Shown here: positions 30,936 to 39,338 of the stretch, piece after piece
Numbering within the stretch: the stretch's first letter is position 1
Layout of the letters: the number at the start of each line of letters is the position of its first letter
Source: Chloroflexota bacterium
GTDB lineage: Bacteria; Chloroflexota; Dehalococcoidia; Lucifugimonadales; UBA2985
NCBI GenBank assembly: GCA_027622595.1
Contig: JAQBZZ010000002.1
Location: 31,663-95,662 of the forward strand
Reading direction: 5' to 3'
DNA: 64,000 bases
Position numbers and translations under genes: made by a program
Notes under the pieces: generated by a model
What the model was told of the DNA's origin: nothing
The model's input: the letters and a program-made list of their open reading frames with translations, nothing else
Database searches by the model: none

Positions 30936-31952
30936 TCATTCTAGCACAACAGGTTCATTGGCATCCCCTATGATCACCTCTCCCACAACACGGGCCTCGG
31001 GCACAAGGCGACGTACCTCGTCCGTCTTGTCCGGAGCGCACGCAAGCACCATGCCGATACCCATGTTGAACACGTCGAACATCTCATTCCTCTCCACCTG
31101 GCCTGCTTCCTGGATCAGGGTGAAGATTGGTGGAACCTCCCACGCAGAGGTATCGAACCGCGCACCCAGCCCCTTTGGCAGAATCCTTGGCACGTTTTCC
31201 GGCAACCCTCCACCGGTGATGTGGGACATACCCTTGATGAGGGGCAGCACAGGCACCAGCAAAGGATAGTAGCAGCGATGGGGCTCCAGAAGCGCCTCTC
31301 CCAGTGTCCTACCCAGAGTTGGATAGCTGCGACTCAGGATCGAGGGGTCCTCTTCAACTTTGAACACCCTTCGCGCTAGAGAATAGCCGTTGGTGTGCAG
31401 GCCATTTGAGGGTATCGCAAGCAGCACATCGCCCTGAACGATGGTGGAGCCATTTATGACGGCGTCCTTCTCTACTACGCCCACCGCGAACCCTGCCAGG
31501 TCGAACTCTTCCTCCGGATAGATGCCGGGCAACTGCGCCGTCTCCCCACCTATGAGAGAACAACCCACAGCCAGGCACGCATCGGCAACGCCCTTCACAA
31601 GGGCCTCAGCCCTTCCGGGGATCAGACGGCCAACACCTATATAGTCAAGGAAGAAAATGGGTTTTGCACCGCACGTGAAAACATCGTTGACGCAGTGGTT
31701 CACGACATCGATTCCAACTGTATCAAAGCGTCCGGTCAGGGTAGCGAGCTTCAGCTTGGTTCCAGGTGAGTCGGTGCTGGAAACCAGTACAGGCTGACGA
31801 TAGCCCTGCAACTGGTACATTCCGCCGAAGAAACCCACACCACCAAGCACCTCAGGCTGAAGGGTCTTGGATGCCAGGGCTTTTATGGCTTCCTTGGCCT
31901 TCCGAGCAGCCTCGTGGTCAACCCCCGCGGCAAGATAGGTCTCACCCGGCAT
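30936..31952 (-). CDS. purM: phosphoribosylformylglycinamidine cyclo-ligase
   Basis: 338 aa with YLAAGVDHEAARKAKEAI...LGGVGFFGGMY and STDSPGTKLK. Confidence 0.95.
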   Translation of the reverse strand: MPGETYLAAGVDHEAARKAKEAIKALASKTLQPEVLGGVGFFGGMYQLQGYRQPVLVSSTDSPGTKLKLATLTGRFDTVGIDVVNHCVNDVFTCGAKPIFFLDYIGVGRLIPGRAEALVKGVADACLAVGCSLIGGETAQLPGIYPEEEFDLAGFAVGVVEKDAVINGSTIVQGDVLLAIPSNGLHTNGYSLARRVFKVEEDPSILSRSYPTLGRTLGEALLEPHRCYYPLLVPVLPLIKGMSHITGGGLPENVPRILPKGLGARFDTSAWEVPPIFTLIQEAGQVERNEMFDVFNMGIGMVLACAPDKTDEVRRLVPEARVVGEVIIGDANEPVVLE

Positions 31953-33408
31953 TGGAACTCGTCACGGCGGAGGCAACTTCCAGGGACAGCTTGTTCATCT
32001 CCAACTGGACTGGAATCGGATGGTTGCCGGTGAAACAGCCCAAACAGTGAGTATCCTGGCCGCCATCCACGGCTTTAAGCAGCCCTTCCACACTGAGATA
32101 GCCGAGGGAATCAGACCCAACGAACTGTCGTATCTCCTCGATGCTCTTGTTGGCGGCGATGAGTTCACGATAAGAGGCCATGTCCACGCCAAGTTGACAG
32201 GGATGGCGGATAGGCGGGGCACACACCCGCAGGTGCACCTCGGTAGCACCAGCCTTCTGCACAAGGCGAACGACGTGTGGCGTTGTAGTCCCACGAACAA
32301 TACTATCGTCTACGATTATCACCCTTTTGCCGGATAAGACCGCCGACAGGGTATTGAACTTGAGCTTCACGCCAAGGTCCCTCACCCGCTGGTCCGGCTC
32401 GATGAAGGTGCGTCCCACGTACCGGTTCTTCAACAGACCTTCACTATAGGGAATCCCGGCCTCATTGGCATAGCCAACCGCGGCTGCGGTGGCCGAGTCC
32501 GGCACCCCGATGACCACATCGGCGTCCACAGGATGCTCCCTGGCCAACTGGGCCCCCATCGCCTGGCGCACGGAGTACGTCAGCTTTCCACCGATGATGC
32601 TGTCCGGCCGCGCAAAGTATATGTATTCGAAGATGCAGGAAGCCCTCTTCCGCTCGCTGCCCTTATAGAGAGTCTTCATGCCATCACCGTTTATTATGAT
32701 GGCCTCTCCCGGCTCTACCTCCCGCAGCAGCTCAGCGCCAAGGTGGTCCAGAGCACAGCTCTCAGAGGCGACTATCCAGCCCCCGTTCATTTTACCAACG
32801 CACAGGGGCCGCACCCCAAGCGGGTCTCTAATGGCAATCAGGGAGTCCTTGGTCTGAACCACCAGGGAGTATGCTCCCTGGACCCGTCGCATCATGTACT
32901 GCACCCGCTCGCCCCAATCCCGTCCCGGAGCGTTGGCAAGCAACTGGGCAATAACCTCTGAATCTGTGGTGGCGGTAAACTGGCAACCCCACTCCTCCAA
33001 TTCACGCTTCAGGGACACCGCGTTGACCACGTTACCGTTATGTCCAAGGGCCAACTCTCCGTATGGGCCTCGCACGAGTATGGGCTGGGCATTACAGAGA
33101 TTGCTGGAACCGGCGGTGGAATACCTGGTGTGGCCTATGGCTATGTGCCCTGTGAGGCGTTCCAGGTCCTGCTCGCGGAAGGCCTGGGCCACAAGTCCCA
33201 TGGCGGTGTTGAGACGTAGAGTTTCCCCGTCGCTGACACTGATACCGGCGCTCTCCTGGCCCCGGTGCTGGAGAGCAAAAAGCACGAAGAAAGCGATACG
33301 GGCTACGTCTTCCCCCGGGGCATATACACCTACCACGCCACAGGCTTCCTGTGGTAAATCGTCTGTCTCAGCCACCTCCACCGCCGACGGAAAGGTAATC
33401 TTGCTCAA
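31942..33408 (-). CDS. purF: amidophosphoribosyltransferase
   Basis: 488 aa with the N-terminal nucleophile CGVVGVYA and the PRPP loop VIIVDDSIVRGTT. Confidence 0.95.
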   Translation of the reverse strand: MSKITFPSAVEVAETDDLPQEACGVVGVYAPGEDVARIAFFVLFALQHRGQESAGISVSDGETLRLNTAMGLVAQAFREQDLERLTGHIAIGHTRYSTAGSSNLCNAQPILVRGPYGELALGHNGNVVNAVSLKRELEEWGCQFTATTDSEVIAQLLANAPGRDWGERVQYMMRRVQGAYSLVVQTKDSLIAIRDPLGVRPLCVGKMNGGWIVASESCALDHLGAELLREVEPGEAIIINGDGMKTLYKGSERKRASCIFEYIYFARPDSIIGGKLTYSVRQAMGAQLAREHPVDADVVIGVPDSATAAAVGYANEAGIPYSEGLLKNRYVGRTFIEPDQRVRDLGVKLKFNTLSAVLSGKRVIIVDDSIVRGTTTPHVVRLVQKAGATEVHLRVCAPPIRHPCQLGVDMASYRELIAANKSIEEIRQFVGSDSLGYLSVEGLLKAVDGGQDTHCLGCFTGNHPIPVQLEMNKLSLEVASAVTSSNAG

Positions 33409-33538
33409 AAGCTCCCTTCCTGAGGGGCGAATGTAATTAGATTGTATTCTCTTCGGTAGAACTCGGTCAATCCCCGTACTTGCATATAAAGGCGTGCTAA
33501 TACCGGATATATGGCGAGATACATGGTCAGCCCATACC

Positions 33539-34012
33539 TTATCTCAGACCAGAAACTTCGTGGACCAGATAGGGCGACAAACGCGGGAGAATCGCTTCGA
33601 TATCCTCCGGGCCAAGGTGCTTTGCACCCCCGATAGTGCCCAAGCAGCTTGCGGCCTCACATCTGCACTCGAACTTCTCCTTCATGTCCCATTCGCTGGT
33701 GCAATAGTGGAAGGTGATCGCTTCCCCTGGTTGAATTGTACGGAGTGCGACAAAACTCAAGGACGCCCAATCTATATAGCACGAAGGGTTGCAGCTGTGG
33801 TTAATATAATTGCTCATGGACTCAGGCGGGCCTTCGAGATGTACATTCGCGTCAATTTGTACAGAGTACCTGGATGGACTGACAACCGGCTGACCTGCTA
33901 TATGCAAGACCACTTCACCCGGCAGAATACTCCGGGCCGCAACCAGGGAAAGTCCATCGTTTGACCTCTCCAATATCACCTTGTCGGAGGTCGCAATTGC
34001 CGTGCAACTCAT
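33539..34012 (-). CDS. SET domain protein (putative lysine methyltransferase)
   Basis: 157 aa with NHSCNPSC, ITFHY and the post-SET Cys cluster CRCEAASCLG. Confidence 0.75.
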   Translation of the reverse strand: MSCTAIATSDKVILERSNDGLSLVAARSILPGEVVLHIAGQPVVSPSRYSVQIDANVHLEGPPESMSNYINHSCNPSCYIDWASLSFVALRTIQPGEAITFHYCTSEWDMKEKFECRCEAASCLGTIGGAKHLGPEDIEAILPRLSPYLVHEVSGLR

Positions 34013-34174
34013 TTGAAGTATTGTACTAGCTCATGGCTTTTTGTGAATACCCGTTTCTTGAAGCTACAAATTCGCCCTGTACTGTGCGTGTTGACAGGAA
34101 ACCCGCAAGCCCTTAAATTACATGAGTATGTGTTAGCAGCAGTAGACCCAAACTGCTAACGCCGCGGAGGATAT

Positions 34175-34489
34175 GTGCCAATATACGAGTACGAATGCAT
34201 AAGCTGCAATAACCGGTTTGAACTGAAGCAGGGCTTCGATGCAGAGACGACGCAGTCCTGCCCTCTCTGCCAATCGATGTCGCGCAGGAAGTTTCACGCC
34301 CCAACGGTGATATACAAGGGCAGTGGTTTCTACACGACCGACTACGCCAGGAAAGACCAGCCCAACCTCGATGGTGGCAGTGGTAGCAACGGGACCACGG
34401 CTAAAACGGCAACACCCGCGGTGGAGAAAGAGACCTCTTCCAAGAGTGCGGTCAAAGAAGTAGCCAAAGAGGCAACCAAGGAAGCCTAG
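34175..34489 (+). CDS. FmdB-family zinc-ribbon protein
   Basis: 104 aa. MPIYEYECISCNNRFE...CPLCQS followed by a low-complexity tail. GTG start after GGAGGA. Confidence 0.75.
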   Translation: MPIYEYECISCNNRFELKQGFDAETTQSCPLCQSMSRRKFHAPTVIYKGSGFYTTDYARKDQPNLDGGSGSNGTTAKTATPAVEKETSSKSAVKEVAKEATKEA

Positions 34490-34506
34490 GCAAGGGGGAC
34501 ACAGGG

Positions 34507-34968
34507 ATGCGCGCCCTTGTCCAGCGAGTGGTTAGAGCGTCGGTGGCGGTGGATGAAGTGGTGGGACGGATCGAGAAGGGACTTGTCGTATTCCTTGGCG
34601 TGGGACGGGACGACGGAGAAGAGGATGCACGCTACGTGGTCGAGAAGGTCGTCAACCTCCGTATCTTTGACGACGAGGCGGGTCATTTCAACATCTCCTC
34701 ACTGGAAGCAGCAACACAACTCCTTGTAGTCAGCCAGTTCACTCTCTACGCTGACGTCCGCAAGGGACGCCGACCCTCCTTCACCGATGCAGCCCCGCCT
34801 GAACAGGCAGAGGCCATCTTCGAAAAGACTGTCAGCCTGTTCAAAGAGACGGGCCTAAAAGTGGAAACGGGACGGTTCCAGCAGCGCATGCTCGTGGACA
34901 TTCAGAACGATGGCCCGGTTACCGTAATGGTGGACAGCGCAGACAGACACAGGCCCCGTCGGGGGTAG
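34507..34968 (+). CDS. dtd: D-aminoacyl-tRNA deacylase
   Basis: 153 aa with MRALVQRV, SQFTLYAD and NDGPVT. Confidence 0.9.
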   Translation: MRALVQRVVRASVAVDEVVGRIEKGLVVFLGVGRDDGEEDARYVVEKVVNLRIFDDEAGHFNISSLEAATQLLVVSQFTLYADVRKGRRPSFTDAAPPEQAEAIFEKTVSLFKETGLKVETGRFQQRMLVDIQNDGPVTVMVDSADRHRPRRG

Positions 34969-35059
34969 CAAATGAGCAGTGTTTTCTGCACTTATCCCGC
35001 AACGTGCGTGAGGTCTTGTGGGGTTTCATTACCATCTGTTATAGTTATATGCACACGCA

Positions 35060-35151
35060 GGAGGGATCGCATAGTGGCCTAGTGCGGCCGCCTGCTAAGC
35101 GGTTAGAGGGCGCAAGCTCTCTCATGGGTTCGAATCCCATTCCCTCCGCCA
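35060..35151 (+). tRNA. tRNA-Ser (anticodon GCU), CCA encoded
   Basis: Folded by hand. Acceptor GGAGGGA/TCCCTCC; anticodon stem GCCGC/GCGGT with loop CTGCTAA; long variable arm; T arm ATGGG-TTCGAAT-CCCAT; ends GCCA. Confidence 0.9.
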
Positions 35152-35187
35152 CCTTCTCACTCATCAATGACCAAGGGATAGAAACAG

Positions 35188-36510
35188 TTGTTAGAAGACC
35201 AGGTGGACAGCCACCGTTACTATATCTGGACCATCGGCTGCCAAATGAATAAGGCCGATTCAGAACGGCTGTCCAGCGCCCTTGAAGGCCTTGGGCTGGA
35301 GGAAGCTGCCGCGCCAGGAGAGGCCGATGTCATTGTCCTCAACAGTTGCGTGGTGCGCCAGAGTGCGGAGGACAAGGTCGTTGGAATGATGACCTCCCTC
35401 AAGCCCTTGAAGCAGGGCAATCCACAGCGGATCGTCGCTCTCATGGGCTGCATGGTTGGGCCAAAATCAGGCGATCTTCAAAAGCGGTTCCCTTACGTCG
35501 ACGTGTTCATGCGCCCTCAGCAGTACGAACCTCTCATTGACCTGCTTGGAGAGCGTTTGGGGATAGATGTGGAGGGTTGCCTGAGTAACCTGGCCCCCGT
35601 CAAACCCCAAATATCCACCTATCTACCCATCATCCACGGCTGTGACGAGTTCTGCTCGTTCTGCATCATCCCGTACCGCAGGGGCAGGCAGGTCAGCCGC
35701 TCCATCGAGGACATAGTTAGAGAGGTAGACCTCTTGGTGCATCGAGGAGTCAAGGAGATTACTCTCCTTGGGCAGACTGTGGATGCCTACGGGCAAGACC
35801 TGCCCGACAAGCCTGACCTGGCCGACCTTCTAACGGAGGTGCACAGTGTTGAAGGGCTACGGCGAATACGCTTCCTGACATCACACCCCAAGTATATGAG
35901 CGACCGTATCATCAAGGCGGTTGGCGATCTGCCCAAGGTGTGCGAGCACATCAATCTGCCCTTCCAAGCGGGCGATGATGAGATTTTACAAATTATGCGC
36001 CGCGGCTACACATCCGACGACTACCGGCGTCTGGTCGACAGGATCAGGGCCACCGTCCCGGACGTTTCGATGGGCACCGATGTCATTGTCGGTTTCCCTG
36101 GAGAGACGGACGTGCAGTTCCAGGCATCGCTGAATCTCATCAGGGACATAAAGTTCGATAAGGTGCATGTGGCAGCCTACTCCACCAGGCCCGGGACCAT
36201 CGCCCACCGAAAGATGAAAGACGACATTCCATCTGAAGATAAGAAGGCCCGCGTCCAGGCCATTGAGCAGCTTCAGGAAAGCACAGTCACCAACACCAAC
36301 GCGGAGTTGGCAGGACAGGTCATGGATGTTCTTGTGGAAGGCCGTAACCGTGGACAGTGGCAGGGACGCACACGCAGCAATAAACTGGTGTTCTTCTCCC
36401 ATGAGGCAGATGCCCTGGGTGAACTGGTAGACGTCCGTATTGAGAAGACCGGCCCCTGGTCCCTTCAGGGAGTGGTCCTGGAAAAAGGCCTTAGTGTCGC
36501 AACGAGGTGA
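35188..36510 (+). CDS. miaB: tRNA-i6A37 methylthiotransferase
   Basis: 440 aa with YYIWTIGCQMN, the radical-SAM motif GCDEFCSFCIIPY and a C-terminal TRAM domain. Confidence 0.9.
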   Translation: MLEDQVDSHRYYIWTIGCQMNKADSERLSSALEGLGLEEAAAPGEADVIVLNSCVVRQSAEDKVVGMMTSLKPLKQGNPQRIVALMGCMVGPKSGDLQKRFPYVDVFMRPQQYEPLIDLLGERLGIDVEGCLSNLAPVKPQISTYLPIIHGCDEFCSFCIIPYRRGRQVSRSIEDIVREVDLLVHRGVKEITLLGQTVDAYGQDLPDKPDLADLLTEVHSVEGLRRIRFLTSHPKYMSDRIIKAVGDLPKVCEHINLPFQAGDDEILQIMRRGYTSDDYRRLVDRIRATVPDVSMGTDVIVGFPGETDVQFQASLNLIRDIKFDKVHVAAYSTRPGTIAHRKMKDDIPSEDKKARVQAIEQLQESTVTNTNAELAGQVMDVLVEGRNRGQWQGRTRSNKLVFFSHEADALGELVDVRIEKTGPWSLQGVVLEKGLSVATR

Positions 36511-36516
36511 TTTAAG

Positions 36517-37722
36517 ATGCCGACTACCGAGAAGATTCCGTATATACCACTGACCGAGGTGGAGCAGTCAGCGTTCTGTCGAACCGATGAGTCATTGGAC
36601 GTGAAGCCTCTGGCAGAGGAGTTTGCCGCGGTGGTCAGCTGGCAGAGCATCCCCGGAGAGTATCACTACCTGGGCGGCGAAGAGCTGACCCGGCGCATCA
36701 GGGAGGCCAGGAATGCCCTTGGGACTCGTCTGGTCATCCTGGGTCACCACTACCAGCGCGATGAAATAATCCAGTTCGCCGATTTCCGCGGCGACTCCCT
36801 GAAGCTCTCCCAGCAGGCCGCTGCCCAGCCTGACGCGGAGTTCATCGTCTTCTGCGGCGTCCACTTCATGGCGGAGACGGCTGACATTCTCAGTGCGCCC
36901 CATCAGAAGGTGATACTTCCCAACATCACCGCCGGCTGCTCCATGTCCGACATGGCCCGCACCGACGACGTGCTGGACTGCTGGGACGACCTGACCAATG
37001 TCCTCGGCGAGGGGGGCATTATCCCCATCACGTACATGAACTCAACCGCCGCCATAAAGGCCCTGTGCGGCCGCAACGGCGGCATCGTCTGCACCTCTTC
37101 CAACGCGCCGGCGGTGATGAAGTGGGCCTATGAGCGTGGCGAGCGTATCGTCTTCTTCCCGGACCAGCACCTTGGCCGCAACACCGGCCTGAAGCTGGGC
37201 GTACCCCTGGAAAAGATGCTGGTGTGGAACCCCTTCAAGCCCCTTGGAGGCCACACCGCGGAGGAGCTACAGCGGTCCAAAGCCATCCTGTGGCAGGGCC
37301 ACTGCTCGGTGCATACCCGCTTCTCGGTGGCCCAGATAAACAAGGCCCGTGCCGCCTACCCCGACATCAACGTGATAGTGCACCCCGAGTGCGTCATGGA
37401 GACCGGGCAGGCCGCCGACTTCGACGGCTCCACCGAGTTCATCATCAAGAAGATCAACGAAGCGCCCGCGGGCAGCAAGTGGGCCGTCGGAACAGAGATC
37501 AGCCTGGTCAACCGCATAGCACAGGAAAACCCGGACAAGCTGGTCTTCTGCCTTGACTCGGTGGTGTGCCCCTGCTCCACCATGTACCGCACCCACCCGG
37601 CGTACCTGCTGTGGACGATGGACTGCCTGTTGCGCGGCGAGGTTACGAACCAGATCACGGTGGACGAAGAGACAGCCCGCTACGCCCGCATCGCCCTCGA
37701 CCGCATGCTCAACGAAGTGTAA
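36517..37722 (+). CDS. nadA: quinolinate synthase
   Basis: 401 aa with ILGHHYQRDEIIQFADFRGDSLKLS and VFCGVHFMAETADIL. Confidence 0.9.
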   Translation: MPTTEKIPYIPLTEVEQSAFCRTDESLDVKPLAEEFAAVVSWQSIPGEYHYLGGEELTRRIREARNALGTRLVILGHHYQRDEIIQFADFRGDSLKLSQQAAAQPDAEFIVFCGVHFMAETADILSAPHQKVILPNITAGCSMSDMARTDDVLDCWDDLTNVLGEGGIIPITYMNSTAAIKALCGRNGGIVCTSSNAPAVMKWAYERGERIVFFPDQHLGRNTGLKLGVPLEKMLVWNPFKPLGGHTAEELQRSKAILWQGHCSVHTRFSVAQINKARAAYPDINVIVHPECVMETGQAADFDGSTEFIIKKINEAPAGSKWAVGTEISLVNRIAQENPDKLVFCLDSVVCPCSTMYRTHPAYLLWTMDCLLRGEVTNQITVDEETARYARIALDRMLNEV

Positions 37723-37733
37723 GGGGATACAAA

Positions 37734-38489
37734 ATACACGACAACTTCGTCGGCGATATTGGAGACTACGGCAAGTACGGCCTGCTGCAAGCCCTGAATC
37801 AGGTGGGTGGCTTTCGATTGGGCATTGTCTGGATAAAGACAAAGATTGCACCAGTTCCCAGCCAAATAACCTTTCGATACCTTGACACGTCTGTTGAGAA
37901 GAATAAGTCACTGGTCGCCTGCGATCCTGAGTTGTATCGAATCCTCAAACCCCTGGTCGATCGCGAGATGCGCACGATTGCCAACCTCCAAACATCACAT
38001 GCTCTTCCCGCAAACACGGTTTACTTCGACAAGCTGTTTGACTTCAGGGATATTCCGTTGGATGACCGATTCCGCTTCCGGCAAGACTGGTTTAGAGGAG
38101 CGCTGAATGTTCTCCAAGACACAGATATGGTGTTCTTTGACCCAGACACAGGAATGGAAATCCCATCCATGAAGCGGCACAGAAATGGTGGAACAAAGTA
38201 CGTTTGGTATGACGAACTCAAACCATTCTTCGAACGGGGACAAAGCCTAGTTGTCTACCAGCACGGAGATCACGGTGCAGTCGAGCAAGCCATCAAACGA
38301 CGAGGCCGTGAGTTGAGAGACGCACTCAAGTGCAAGCGGATTTGGGTCGCACGGTGGCACCGAGTTCAGTCCAGATTCTATTTCATAATCCCAGCAGATG
38401 AGCACATCGCAAGGATTGAACAAGCTATTAGCTGGCTGCATGCATCCCCGTGGTGTCTGGGTGAACATTTTTCCGTGTCCGAAGTCTGA
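37734..38489 (+). CDS. hypothetical protein, no canonical start codon (ATA after a good SD)
   Basis: The frame is open from inside nadA. After the nadA stop comes AAGGGGA, 6 nt, then ATA CAC GAC AAC TTC..., reading (I)HDNFVGDIGDYGKYGLLQAL...MVFFDPDTGMEI...SLVVYQHGDH... The next canonical start (GTG at 37803) would remove the N-terminal motif. Confidence 0.45.
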   Translation: MHDNFVGDIGDYGKYGLLQALNQVGGFRLGIVWIKTKIAPVPSQITFRYLDTSVEKNKSLVACDPELYRILKPLVDREMRTIANLQTSHALPANTVYFDKLFDFRDIPLDDRFRFRQDWFRGALNVLQDTDMVFFDPDTGMEIPSMKRHRNGGTKYVWYDELKPFFERGQSLVVYQHGDHGAVEQAIKRRGRELRDALKCKRIWVARWHRVQSRFYFIIPADEHIARIEQAISWLHASPWCLGEHFSVSEV

Positions 38490-38544
38490 TAATCCTTCTC
38501 TTGATTCGAACACCTAGCCTTTAGCCCCCACCCCCACAGGAGCC

Positions 38545-38553
38545 TGGTATAAT
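38545..38553 (+). promoter_or_regulatory. extended -10 promoter element for the second hicBA pair
   Basis: TGGTATAAT fits TGnTATAAT exactly, 33 nt upstream of the hicB-like ATG. Confidence 0.45.
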
Positions 38554-38585
38554 GGGCGCGAGAAGTAGGCCAGAGGAGGAACGTG

Positions 38586-38810
38586 ATGCGTCAATTCAAG
38601 ATAGTGGTGGAGAAAAACCCTGATGGGTACGTGGCGTATCCTCTGGGCTTGAATGGCATTGTGGTGGGCCAAGGGGATAGCTATGAGGAAGCTCTGGCAG
38701 ATGTAAAGTCAGCCATCCAGTTTCACATTGAGTCCTTTGGCTCAGAGACGCTGGATTTGGAGCCCCCTGTTCTTGAAGCCTTTATCGCCGAAACTGGGGT
38801 GAATGTTTGA
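38586..38810 (+). CDS. hicB: HicB-like antitoxin
   Basis: 74 aa. FKIVVEKNPDGYVAYPLGLNGIVVGQGDSYEEALADVKSAIQFHIESFG is the typical short HicB/UPF0150 form. GGAGGA lies 6 nt upstream. Confidence 0.65.
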   Translation: MRQFKIVVEKNPDGYVAYPLGLNGIVVGQGDSYEEALADVKSAIQFHIESFGSETLDLEPPVLEAFIAETGVNV

Positions 38811-39049
38811 CCGGGAGGTTCCCAGTCGATGCTCCAAGAGCACAAGTCATAAAGGCATTTGAGATTCTGGGCTTTAGGCTAGCCAGGGAGAGAGAACATA
38901 TTTCAATGGTACGCGAGAATCCTGACGGAAGCAGGACGCCTTTGACTATGCCTGGGCACCTCAGAATCAAGAGTTCCACCTTAAGGACGATATGCAGTAA
39001 AGCGGGAATATCCAGAGAAGATTTCCTTGCGGCTTATAGACAGACGTAG
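38807..39049 (+). CDS. hicA: HicA-like toxin
   Basis: 80 aa. VIKAFEILGFRLAREREHISMVRENPDGSRTPLTMPGHLRIKSSTLRTICSKAGI follows the HicA layout. TTG start overlaps the hicB stop. Confidence 0.6.
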   Translation: MTGRFPVDAPRAQVIKAFEILGFRLAREREHISMVRENPDGSRTPLTMPGHLRIKSSTLRTICSKAGISREDFLAAYRQT

Positions 39050-39055
39050 GATTCC

Positions 39056-39334
39056 ATGTTCAATCGGCTGAAGTCCGTATCACAAAGCCTCAAACGCGAG
39101 CTTAATGTGTACCGGCTTGTGCTCAAGGACAGCCGGACGCCCAGGCTGGCAAAGCTGCTCTTGGGTCTGGCCATCGGCTATCTGCTGCTGCCCTTCGACC
39201 TCATCCCTGATTTCATACCTGTCATCGGGCAACTGGATGATGTTATTATTGTACCGACGCTGGCTATACTGGCGCTCAGTATGATTCCAAAGGAAGTTAT
39301 CGAGGATTGCAGGGCTAAAGCAGACAGGACATAA
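39056..39334 (+). CDS. DUF1232 (YkvA-like) membrane protein
   Basis: 92 aa. LLGLAIGYLLLPFDLIPDFIPVIGQLDDVIIV is the DUF1232 signature. Confidence 0.75.
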   Translation: MFNRLKSVSQSLKRELNVYRLVLKDSRTPRLAKLLLGLAIGYLLLPFDLIPDFIPVIGQLDDVIIVPTLAILALSMIPKEVIEDCRAKADRT

Positions 39335-39338
39335 AAAA

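Noticed and set aside
33409-33538. Purine riboswitch upstream of purF
   Set aside because: Only a short TTCTACC match to the J2/3 region is present. The flanking P2/P3 helices cannot be drawn.
37566-37722. ATG at 37566 as the start of the orphan after nadA
   Set aside because: It would require a 156-nt overlap with the nadA 3' end. The translated overlap (PLLHHVPHPPGVPAVDDGL...) looks like out-of-frame noise.
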